Source of the DNA: a virus
Lineage: Duplodnaviria > Caudoviricetes
Reading direction: 5' to 3' (one strand)
Virus record (IMG/VR): IMGVR_UViG_3300020045_010222
Location: 1 to 48,415 of that record
Length of the DNA: 48,415 nucleotides
Positions 9,598 to 17,607 of the stretch are shown here, piece by piece. The translations under genes were made by a program, and so were the position numbers. The notes beneath the pieces were generated by a model that did no database searches, was not told the DNA's origin, and was given only the letters and a program-made list of their open reading frames with translations. The stretch's first letter is position 1, and every line of letters starts with the position of its first letter.

Positions 9598-9878
9598 AAG
9601 CAAGAAACTATTTCAAAGTCCATAGAAACAAAAAGCCTAAAAGAATATTATTCAAAAGACTTAAGTCAGACATTAGAGCAATTAAATCAACCCTTGCACT
9701 TTCGGCGGGAATGCTGCAAAACGAAATCATAAAGTCGCAACCAGGAACCTCACCAATATTTAAAGCTTTATTACTCGAAGATAATGCAATAAAAACAGCT
9801 CAGGCAATTAATAACATTTATTCAAATAAAAACTATGTGCAACGTAAAAGGAATAGTAAAAGAAATCGAAGAAATTAA
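9594..9878 (+). CDS. Hypothetical basic protein
   Basis: ATGA overlap with upstream gene. Confidence 0.6.
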   Translation: MKARNYFKVHRNKKPKRILFKRLKSDIRAIKSTLALSAGMLQNEIIKSQPGTSPIFKALLLEDNAIKTAQAINNIYSNKNYVQRKRNSKRNRRN

Positions 9879-10089
9879 AACGTCAACATCCGGATTTAGA
9901 ACGCAAAGAATTGCTGTTTTAGAAGATGGTCAATACGGAACTATAATTCCTATTGAATTTTTAGGTGATAAAGTTAATTTATCATCTGCATTGAAAATAG
10001 ATCAAAAAGTAAATGTTTCTGTAAATATGAAAGGAACTATTTACATGGAAAAGCGTTATGTTTCGGTTAATGGTTGGAAAATAGAATAA
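9835..10089 (+). CDS. DUF3127-like OB-fold (SSB-like) protein
   Basis: VKGIVKEI...SGF...IEFLGDK...V.VN.KG...VNGWKIE. Confidence 0.8.
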   Translation: MCNVKGIVKEIEEIKTSTSGFRTQRIAVLEDGQYGTIIPIEFLGDKVNLSSALKIDQKVNVSVNMKGTIYMEKRYVSVNGWKIE

Positions 10090-10180
10090 AATAAAGTAAA
10101 TTTGTAAAACAAAGCCTTAACGTGGTACCGTAGCAATTTCCAACCGCGTTACTTAATTAGGAGTTTACTTATGGCTTTAA

Positions 10181-10250
10181 TGGGGTTATCTTCTAAGGGT
10201 AAGATATTCGAGTATTCGAAAGATGTAGGTTCGAATCCTAAAATACTCCA
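10181..10250 (+). tRNA. tRNA-like element / pseudo-tRNA without an assignable anticodon
   Basis: TGGGGT/ACTCCA acceptor, ATCTT/AAGAT D-arm with GG loop, TAGG-TTCGAAT-CCTA T-arm; anticodon arm TTCGA-GTAT-TCGAA has only a 4-nt loop. Confidence 0.6.
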
Positions 10251-10308
10251 CAACTATTGCGAAAGGCGAATTTAGAGAAGAAACAGTAATTAAAAATTGT
10301 TTCTATGT

Positions 10309-10337
10309 AAAACCACTCATAATCGAGTGGTTTTTTT
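10309..10337 (+). terminator. Intrinsic terminator
   Basis: AAAACCACTC/GAGTGGTTTT plus T run. Confidence 0.85.
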
Positions 10338-10357
10338 ATGCTTTGTATCGAAATTTT

Positions 10358-10397
10358 ATTTATAATTAATATAAATAACAAAAAATGTCTATATTTG
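10358..10397 (+). promoter_or_regulatory. Fur-box-like copy 2 (10358-10376) plus -7 TATATTTG (10390-10397); head operon promoter
   Basis: ATTTATAATTAATATAAAT (16/19). Confidence 0.65.
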
Positions 10398-10414
10398 TCA
10401 TATAAATATCTGAT

Positions 10415-11605
10415 ATGAGTTGGTGGAATCCTTTAAGAATGTTACGATTTGGGGTAGAAACAGTAAATGATTCTATCAAAGGACAGCCTGTAAGGATGGA
10501 GCTTGACACGTTTAGTATAGGATTAAATGACAAAAAAACCTTTTATTCTGATCGTACTAAGTTCGTAAAGCTTCAGAAAGAAAACTACGTATTAAATAAT
10601 GTTTTTAACAAGATTGGCAGCAAGCTTTCAAGCGCTAATTTTACAAGCGAATCCGGATCTGGGGAATTATTAGATAAAATTAATAATCCAAATGAGTCAC
10701 AATCGAAAGAGGAATTTTTAAAAGAGTTTTCTGTATTTATTTTATCATCCGGTTGGACAGTTATTTGGAAGAAATATAAATCATTTGGCAATTTCAGCAC
10801 AATGGAACTTATAAACCTTAATCCGGATAAAACGGAATTAGGTGAGAAAAGTTTAACAACTGAAATAAACGATAAAGAAGAAACGATTTTATATAGTGAT
10901 GTAATCATGTTTTACGATAGCATTCGTAATGAAAATAAAAAGGGTTACTCCAGAATTACGCCATTGAGAAGCCATGTAAATAATATTCGTGATGCTCAAT
11001 TGGCTAAAGGAATACAAATTGAAAATTCAGGTACAACGATTGTTTCACCTAAACAGGTTTCAACAGGTTCAAATATCGATGAAGGTTTAAATGCTCCGGT
11101 TCCGCAATTAGGTGGAGGACTGAAAACCCAGAAAGAAGAAATGGAGGATAGATTTAGCAGCCGAGGCTTATCAAATCGAATTATTATTTCTTCAAAAGGT
11201 TTGGATGCTAAGAATTTATCAGCGGAATTAAACACGGTTAAGTTCTATGAAATTGTTGAGACTGATATTTTAGCCGTTTACGATGCTTTTAGTTTTCCTA
11301 TTGAATTAAGTCCTTACGGTAAAAATGCAACATTTGAAAACAAAGAAACTGCTGAGGTTGGATTAATTGAAAATGAAGTTGATCCTTTAGCTAAAAACCT
11401 GGTAAATTCATTAAATGCTGAATTTCCAAAAAAAGAGCCGATAGGCGTTAGTTTTAAACACTTAAATTCTATGTCTGTTATTGAAGAAAGAATTCAAACA
11501 ACCAATGGAATTACAATTGAACATTATGGCACTTTGTTTGACAGAGGGATTATTACAGCTAAAAAATATGAAGATATTTTAAAATCTAAAAACATTTTGA
11601 CATGA
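10415..11605 (+). CDS. Portal protein (HK97-like)
   Basis: KINNPNESQS, KGYSRI, AFSFPIEL...ATFEN motifs; precedes protease and capsid. Confidence 0.9.
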   Translation: MSWWNPLRMLRFGVETVNDSIKGQPVRMELDTFSIGLNDKKTFYSDRTKFVKLQKENYVLNNVFNKIGSKLSSANFTSESGSGELLDKINNPNESQSKEEFLKEFSVFILSSGWTVIWKKYKSFGNFSTMELINLNPDKTELGEKSLTTEINDKEETILYSDVIMFYDSIRNENKKGYSRITPLRSHVNNIRDAQLAKGIQIENSGTTIVSPKQVSTGSNIDEGLNAPVPQLGGGLKTQKEEMEDRFSSRGLSNRIIISSKGLDAKNLSAELNTVKFYEIVETDILAVYDAFSFPIELSPYGKNATFENKETAEVGLIENEVDPLAKNLVNSLNAEFPKKEPIGVSFKHLNSMSVIEERIQTTNGITIEHYGTLFDRGIITAKKYEDILKSKNILT

Positions 11606-11742
11606 GTAATTACGATAAAAAGTTGCCTAATGACATTGATAAATTAAAAGATGCGGCAAACAAAACCGATAATCCTCAAATGAAAAGAGCGATTGAAAAA
11701 CGAATTCAGACCATTTCAAACGATAAAATTGTACAAAAATGA
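11602..11742 (+). CDS. Small protein (46 aa) translationally coupled to portal and protease
   Basis: MSNYDKKLPND...DKIVQK; ATGA overlaps at both ends. Confidence 0.65.
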   Translation: MSNYDKKLPNDIDKLKDAANKTDNPQMKRAIEKRIQTISNDKIVQK

Positions 11743-12641
11743 TTTACTGTAAAGAATTAGAAAAAAGCTTTGAGGATAAAGAAGAAATGTTTTTAGCGTT
11801 ATCTAAGAATGTTGCTTCGATTATTGATGCTAAAAAGTCAGCTATTAAAGAATCTGATAGCTATGCCGTGAGTGTTAAAGTTGACGGAGCTACTAAAGAC
11901 GTTTTAAATGCTTTGAAAGAAATTACAATTAAATCATACGGGCAAACAGACAAAGCTATTGATTATATGAAAGAAGAAAATCTTCCGAATTTAATAGTGA
12001 CTGTTGTTTCGAGTACTACTAATTTTTTTGATTCACATCGTGACGTTCATTTGGATAATAGTTTTAATAAAACGGTTGCTGATAACAAAAACGGTTTTGA
12101 TCACTTACAAGAGCATAAAAATGGATTTGCTAATGTAATTTCCGAAAATGCCAAAACTAAAATCGTTAAAACAACATTTAAGGAATTAGGTTTTGATTTA
12201 GAAGGAAAAACACAAGCCTTAACTCATGTTTCAATAATCGACCCAATAAGAAATCTTTTTATGTACAACCAATACGCTAATGGGTGGGTTAAAAACCATT
12301 CTGTGGGGATGGGTTATCGAGGCGAAATTTATTATTGTGCGAATACTGAGGTTGAGTACATGAAAGAATACAAGGATAATTGGGATAAATATTATTCAGT
12401 TATCGCAAATAAAGAAGATGTAGACGAAATTGGTTATTTCTGGGCTGTTACTCAAATTAAAGTTTATGAGTTTTCAGCAGTTCCAAAAGGAAGTAATACA
12501 ATTACACCAACTTTAAGCGTTACACAAGCCGACAAATCACTTGACATTAACAACGATAATGATCAAGCCGACAAATCACTTGAAACACCTGAGCCGCCGC
12601 AAAGCACTCAAAAAACCGAGAAAAGAAGAACAATTATTTAA
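11739..12641 (+). CDS. Prohead maturation protease
   Basis: DSHRDVH, HLQEH, NHSVG, YEFSAVPKGSN (HK97 protease-like). Confidence 0.85.
   Translation: MIYCKELEKSFEDKEEMFLALSKNVASIIDAKKSAIKESDSYAVSVKVDGATKDVLNALKEITIKSYGQTDKAIDYMKEENLPNLIVTVVSSTTNFFDSHRDVHLDNSFNKTVADNKNGFDHLQEHKNGFANVISENAKTKIVKTTFKELGFDLEGKTQALTHVSIIDPIRNLFMYNQYANGWVKNHSVGMGYRGEIYYCANTEVEYMKEYKDNWDKYYSVIANKEDVDEIGYFWAVTQIKVYEFSAVPKGSNTITPTLSVTQADKSLDINNDNDQADKSLETPEPPQSTQKTEKRRTII
12525..12609 (+). repeat. 20-bp direct repeat x2 plus a structurally similar third hairpin
   Basis: CAAGCCGACAAATCACTTGA at 12525-12544 and 12564-12583; GAGCCGCCGCAAAGCACTC at 12591-12609. Confidence 0.85.
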
Positions 12642-12657
12642 TTAAAAACTAAAAATC

Positions 12658-13974
12658 ATGTTTGTAAAAAAGACACAAGCGCAGGTTAATGCGATGACTG
12701 ACGCGGAAGCTGACACATACGCAGCAGAAAAAGCGGCACACGATGCACAAGAAAATAAAGCGGCAATTGACGCGGCTGTTGAAGCCGGGGTAACAGCATT
12801 AAAAACTGAACTACAAAGTCAAATTACAGCAAAAGAAACTGAAATTTCTACTTTGAAAGAAACGGTTGACGCTCAAGGCGTTAAAATTGTTGAATTAAGC
12901 ACTACTAAATCAGAGGTTAAAAAAGACACTTTAGAAAATGTTTTCAAAGAAAAGTACGATGAAATTGTTGATAAAGGAAACTACACAGTTCCTTCATCCG
13001 GTTTTAAAATCGATACTTCAAAAGTAACTGTTTCAACTGATGTAATGTCAGTAAACACTATTAACAGTACTGATTTTCCTGCAGGAGGTTCTACAGGTGT
13101 AGTTGGTGCCGGTGTACAAACCCTTATGGGGAAATTGCTTGGTTATTTCAATTACAGAAAACCGGCTTCTAAAATTTTAGATTTAGTTGATGTTTCTCCA
13201 TTAGATTCTGCTAACTTAATTGTAATCAATGAAACCGTAACTGGTGATGCTGCAATTACAACTGAGTGTAAGCTAAAACCAATCGTAAAAGTAACTTATG
13301 CTACTCAGGAAAAATCAGCTGATCCGGTTGCGGTTGAATGGGCTACTACTACTAAATTGAGAAGATTCTTCCCGGGTTTAGTAAACAGAATGCTTAAAAA
13401 ATTCACGGAACTTATTGAAGATAAACTTCCAAATGTGATTTTAGATGCTGTTAAGGCTGGAGCTTCTGCATTTACCCCAAACGCTGCGTTTGCAATTAAT
13501 GATAATCCAAACAATTATGATGCTTTAGGAGCTGTAATTGCTAGTTTGGAAACTTTAGGTTATACGCCTAACGCAATCATTATGCATCCTATTGCTTGGA
13601 GAAACATGAAGCAAGACAAAACTGCTGAAGGTGTTTACACTTTGTCAAATGGTGAATCTATTTCATTAGTTGCAAATGGTCTTGATTGGGGCGGTATTGT
13701 AATTCCTTATGTAAAAGATCCGACTTTAGCTATTGATGAATTCGTTATTGGTGATTTAATGGAAACTGTAAAAGTTGGTGTTGATAGCGAATTATTATAT
13801 TTTGAAACTGACGGTAGAACAGATGCTGTTGCGACTGTTGCAAGCGGATTGTCTCGTAATATCAGAACTCACGTTTTAGAGAAGTTCTTCGCTGTAATTG
13901 TCCCAACTGCTACTCAAAACGGATTAATTAAAGATACGTTTTCAAACGTAAAAACTTTAATTACATCAGCATAA
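12658..13974 (+). CDS. Major capsid protein (HK97 fold)
   Basis: Coiled-coil delta domain, PNAIIMHP..W..MK..K..EGVY, FVIGD; follows protease. Confidence 0.92.
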   Translation: MFVKKTQAQVNAMTDAEADTYAAEKAAHDAQENKAAIDAAVEAGVTALKTELQSQITAKETEISTLKETVDAQGVKIVELSTTKSEVKKDTLENVFKEKYDEIVDKGNYTVPSSGFKIDTSKVTVSTDVMSVNTINSTDFPAGGSTGVVGAGVQTLMGKLLGYFNYRKPASKILDLVDVSPLDSANLIVINETVTGDAAITTECKLKPIVKVTYATQEKSADPVAVEWATTTKLRRFFPGLVNRMLKKFTELIEDKLPNVILDAVKAGASAFTPNAAFAINDNPNNYDALGAVIASLETLGYTPNAIIMHPIAWRNMKQDKTAEGVYTLSNGESISLVANGLDWGGIVIPYVKDPTLAIDEFVIGDLMETVKVGVDSELLYFETDGRTDAVATVASGLSRNIRTHVLEKFFAVIVPTATQNGLIKDTFSNVKTLITSA

Positions 13975-13988
13975 CAAAAAAAAACATT

Positions 13989-14017
13989 CCGGGTTACTTA
14001 ATGTGATCCGGTTTTTT
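13989..14017 (+). terminator. Terminator after capsid gene
   Basis: CCGGGTTAC/GTGATCCGG plus T6. Confidence 0.8.
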
Positions 14018-14044
14018 AAATTATCAATTTAACAAATAATAATT

Positions 14045-14374
14045 ATGACACCAGAAGAAATTTTAGCTGCTGAAACTGCAAAAGGAGCAGAAGCGGCAAA
14101 AACACCAAAACCAGCTAAATCTAAAAAAGATGTGATTGAACCATCTGATATTGCTGCAGCAGCAGGAAAAACAGAAGAGTATTTTGTAGAACAAGGCGCA
14201 AAAAGCAAATCAAATCTTTCTCAGGGAGGTAAAGAGGTTGAAATTAGTTTAATCAATAAAACACTTGTTAGATTTACTAAAAACTTTGGATTTATCAAGG
14301 AAGGACACGAGCAAGAAGTTTCAGATGTTGCGCTAGCAATTTATGAAAAAGCGAAAGTAATCGAAAAACTGTAA
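14045..14374 (+). CDS. Hypothetical virion-associated protein
   Basis: Position after capsid gene. Confidence 0.7.
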   Translation: MTPEEILAAETAKGAEAAKTPKPAKSKKDVIEPSDIAAAAGKTEEYFVEQGAKSKSNLSQGGKEVEISLINKTLVRFTKNFGFIKEGHEQEVSDVALAIYEKAKVIEKL

Positions 14375-14380
14375 TAAACT

Positions 14381-14986
14381 ATGTTTACCAGACTATCTAA
14401 TTTCACTTATGGTAATTATCAAATTGCCAATGTTACAGCAACAGAGGTAAATACTGACGTTCAGTTAAATATTCAAATCCAGAAATACGAAACAGAATGT
14501 TTACGTATGATGTTGGGTGATGAATTGTATGCTGAATTCATGTCAAACTTAGAATTAGATAGTGACGGTTTTTGGAAAGTTAAGGATGATTCGGATGATA
14601 AGTGGACATGGCTTTTAAATGGCTATTCTTATCAAAATGGAGATTGTAACCGTGTATGGGATGGTTTAGTTAAAAAAGTTGCTACGGTTCAGGGAAAAGA
14701 AGTAATTGAAACAATGATGGCTTTATATGTTTTTTATAAATACTCTTTGAATACAAGAACTTTGAATACCGGAACCGGAGAAGCGAAAATGAATGCCGAC
14801 AACACAACGCAAGAGAGTTCCAAAAACAAAAGGGTTGATGCCTGGAATGAATTTGTTCAATGGGCGGTATTTGGTTTTTCAAAAAGTAACGTTTCATTGA
14901 ATCAGTTTTTAGCGGATAATACTGAACTTTACGGTAAAGAATGTTTGTTCACCTGTTTAAATACAATGACATATTATGATATTTAG
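14381..14986 (+). CDS. Putative head-tail adaptor
   Basis: Synteny; LGDELY motif. Confidence 0.65.
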   Translation: MFTRLSNFTYGNYQIANVTATEVNTDVQLNIQIQKYETECLRMMLGDELYAEFMSNLELDSDGFWKVKDDSDDKWTWLLNGYSYQNGDCNRVWDGLVKKVATVQGKEVIETMMALYVFYKYSLNTRTLNTGTGEAKMNADNTTQESSKNKRVDAWNEFVQWAVFGFSKSNVSLNQFLADNTELYGKECLFTCLNTMTYYDI

Positions 14987-15470
14987 TTTATCAACAGCTT
15001 TAATTAAAACAGCAGGAAGGGTAATTCATAATGAAAAACCTGTTGCTTATAGTTGGGGAAATTCAAATGCTTTAGATAAATGGCTTATTGCTATGGATAA
15101 AAAGCAGATTGAAGCTGTTTTAGGCATAAGCGGTAAATTAAAATATCCTCTTATATGGCTTGTTGATGATTGGAAAAGCGAAGAAGCTTTGTCTGGTTTT
15201 GAATTTCCAAATACTACACTTTGGATTTCCTGTAATTCAGATGTTTCAACGTTAAATGAAAATCGTGATTTTTCAGTTCAATACAAGGTTGCAAATGATT
15301 TTATAAACTGTTTAAAATTAACAGGTGTTACTGTTAGAAATATAAAATGGGAGGAAAAATCAAATGTCACTACAAATAAAAAATCACAGCAGATTGATAT
15401 TTGGGATAGCGTTATTTTAACAATAGATTTGACTATCAATACAAACTGCATGAAAAAATTATATGTTTAA
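14976..15470 (+). CDS. Putative tail terminator/completion protein
   Basis: Synteny before major tail protein; YPLIW motif. Confidence 0.55.
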   Translation: MIFSLSTALIKTAGRVIHNEKPVAYSWGNSNALDKWLIAMDKKQIEAVLGISGKLKYPLIWLVDDWKSEEALSGFEFPNTTLWISCNSDVSTLNENRDFSVQYKVANDFINCLKLTGVTVRNIKWEEKSNVTTNKKSQQIDIWDSVILTIDLTINTNCMKKLYV

Positions 15471-15491
15471 TTTAATAAAAAAATAAAAGCT

Positions 15492-16373
15492 ATGGCTATC
15501 TATCAAGAATGCAATAGTTCGTCAAAAGGAAAGGCGAACACAGGAGCAAAAGAACAATGTCTTGAGGGCATTATGATTTTGCCTGTATTGACGGAAATGG
15601 ATTTTAAATTTGATTCCTTAGCTGATGCTAAAGACATCACCAAATGGGAAGCTGCTATTGCCGCAAAAAAGATGTGGCCGTTGTATGTTCCTGAAGAAAT
15701 CACAACCGCTAACACGGAAGATACTTATTTCGAAGGTAAAAACGAGCAGTATTTAACGGCTGAAGGAAAGAAAATCACAACTTATACAAGTATGTTAGGT
15801 TTGTGTTCTCATGCTGCATTAGCAACTTTTAGAGGTGCTAAAATGCGTCAACTGGAATTTACTGAAGACGGTAAGGTAAAAGGATTAATGAATGATGATG
15901 GTGAGGTTTATGGACAAGCTGTAAAATTGAATGTTGCAAAACGTTTAGATCCAACTGCTGACCGTCCTGCTTCAACATTGGTAACTACAAATTACCTTGA
16001 CTACAAAGAACTTGAAGAAGATGGCGCGGTTTTCGTTCCTGATTTTAGAGCTTCCGAATTATATGGTATTTTTGATGTTCACTTACAATTAGTTTCTGCA
16101 ACAGCAACAAATATTAAAGTGAAAGCTTTGGACGGTTGCGCCGGAGGTGGTGGAGCGATTACTTCATTTGTTTCAGGTGATTTCATCGTTAGAAATGCTG
16201 CGGGTGCTGTTCAATCAGTAACTTTCACGGCTGCTGATACTGATGGGGTTTATACTTTAACAGGAACTGCTTTTGCAACGGGTTATACTGTTGAATTGGA
16301 TGGTGTAGTTACAACAGCTGGAGGAATGTCTTATGAAGATGTTAAACCGTTAACTATTACAGTAACTCCGTAA
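15492..16373 (+). CDS. Major tail (tube) protein
   Basis: Size, synteny, Ig-like Thr/Gly-rich C-terminus. Confidence 0.75.
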   Translation: MAIYQECNSSSKGKANTGAKEQCLEGIMILPVLTEMDFKFDSLADAKDITKWEAAIAAKKMWPLYVPEEITTANTEDTYFEGKNEQYLTAEGKKITTYTSMLGLCSHAALATFRGAKMRQLEFTEDGKVKGLMNDDGEVYGQAVKLNVAKRLDPTADRPASTLVTTNYLDYKELEEDGAVFVPDFRASELYGIFDVHLQLVSATATNIKVKALDGCAGGGGAITSFVSGDFIVRNAAGAVQSVTFTAADTDGVYTLTGTAFATGYTVELDGVVTTAGGMSYEDVKPLTITVTP

Positions 16374-16594
16374 TGAGTGCTAAATATGGGAAAATAGAAT
16401 TCGCAAAGGACTTTAATATGTCCTTTGCTGAGTTCAAAGAAGCGTTTGCCGACAATCACGTTTTCTTAAATATTCCAAGCGATAACAGAGAGGCAGAATT
16501 TAAAAAAGCTTATGCAATTACAACAGCTCATTTAAAAGACAATAAAAAAGATGGCAACATTTCAGCAACAATTAAAGAAAGCGAAAAATCTTAG
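16373..16594 (+). CDS. Small tail-module protein
   Basis: TAATG overlap with major tail gene. Confidence 0.65.
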   Translation: MSAKYGKIEFAKDFNMSFAEFKEAFADNHVFLNIPSDNREAEFKKAYAITTAHLKDNKKDGNISATIKESEKS

Positions 16595-17000
16595 TGAAAG
16601 AAAATTATCGAAAGATTTGTTTGTTTTCATTAAAAGTATTCAAGCTGATATCATTAAATTAAATGTTGACCAGATAAATAAAGACAGTAAAGACATATTC
16701 GGAAATCCTATTGGATTCTATTCTTACATGACAGAAGTGATCACCAATGGAAGAAAAAAGCAAGGCGAACCGTTTGACGGTGATGATACTGGGAAATGGC
16801 TTAAAAGCTTTTATTTAGATATTCAGGGCGATGCTTTTAGAATATTTGCAAAAGACCCTAAAACACATATCATTTTAGATTCTGAATATTGGCTATCCGA
16901 TGATTTATTTGGTTTGTCTGATAAAAACCTCAAGGCTTTAATTTCACGAGAATTGAAGCCTTTTGTATTGAAAAATGTTCGTAAAATTTTAGATATATGA
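16551..17000 (+). CDS. Putative neck/tail completion protein
   Basis: DTGKWLKSF and LFGLS motifs; synteny. Confidence 0.6.
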   Translation: MATFQQQLKKAKNLSERKLSKDLFVFIKSIQADIIKLNVDQINKDSKDIFGNPIGFYSYMTEVITNGRKKQGEPFDGDDTGKWLKSFYLDIQGDAFRIFAKDPKTHIILDSEYWLSDDLFGLSDKNLKALISRELKPFVLKNVRKILDI

Positions 17001-17599
17001 CTTATGATTCATTAAAAACAATTCCAATCGTTTTATTTTTTGAAATTGCAGAAACAGGTAATTTTAATTTATTAAGCGATACCGAAAAAGACCCGGAAAA
17101 ACTTGAAGAGATTTGGCTTAAACTTTATGAAGAACATGAATCATACAAAAGAGATTCTGAATCTGATAAAATATTTAAAATGAATGTTGAGGTTTCAGCT
17201 TTAGAAATACAATATCGTTTTGTTTTAGGCGCTGTTTATTCGTTAGGATTTGAATATGACCAGGAATTAATCGATCAATTAAAAACCTTGAGATTTATTG
17301 TAAATACTGATTCAAACGAAACTTATTATGAATCTTTAGAATTTATACAACGTGCTGCATCCGGAATAAACGTAAAGATTAACCACTTAAAATCTTTAAT
17401 GCCGAAAGAATCAGAAGAAAATTCAAAGTCAAAAGAAAAATTTTCTATTTACGATACTATTGCGAGTTATACCAGAATAATGGAGTATGATGTTGATTAT
17501 GAAAGCTTGACTTATCTTAAATTTTACGCAATACAAAAACAGGTTCATTTAAAAATTGAATCAGAAATTAAAAAAGCAACAATTAATAAAATTAAATAA
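16997..17599 (+). CDS. Putative tail assembly chaperone
   Basis: Directly upstream of tape measure. Confidence 0.55.
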   Translation: MTYDSLKTIPIVLFFEIAETGNFNLLSDTEKDPEKLEEIWLKLYEEHESYKRDSESDKIFKMNVEVSALEIQYRFVLGAVYSLGFEYDQELIDQLKTLRFIVNTDSNETYYESLEFIQRAASGINVKINHLKSLMPKESEENSKSKEKFSIYDTIASYTRIMEYDVDYESLTYLKFYAIQKQVHLKIESEIKKATINKIK

Positions 17600-17607
17600 T
17601 TTTTATT

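Larger units (their letters stand above)
10105..10337 (+). ncRNA. Putative structured ncRNA transcription unit
   Basis: Promoter TAAATTTG 10097-10104; helices 10111-10178; tRNA-like domain; terminator at 10309; no ORF. Confidence 0.5.

Noticed and set aside
10181-10250. Functional tRNA (Gln-like acceptor stem)
   Set aside because: No 7-nt anticodon loop; kept only as a tRNA-like element
12525-12583. Mini-CRISPR interpretation of the 20-bp direct repeat
   Set aside because: Only two copies, 19-nt spacer, in frame within the protease gene, no cas genes
16373-17599. Programmed frameshift in tail chaperones
   Set aside because: No convincing slippery site at an appropriate gene end; ORFs have their own starts
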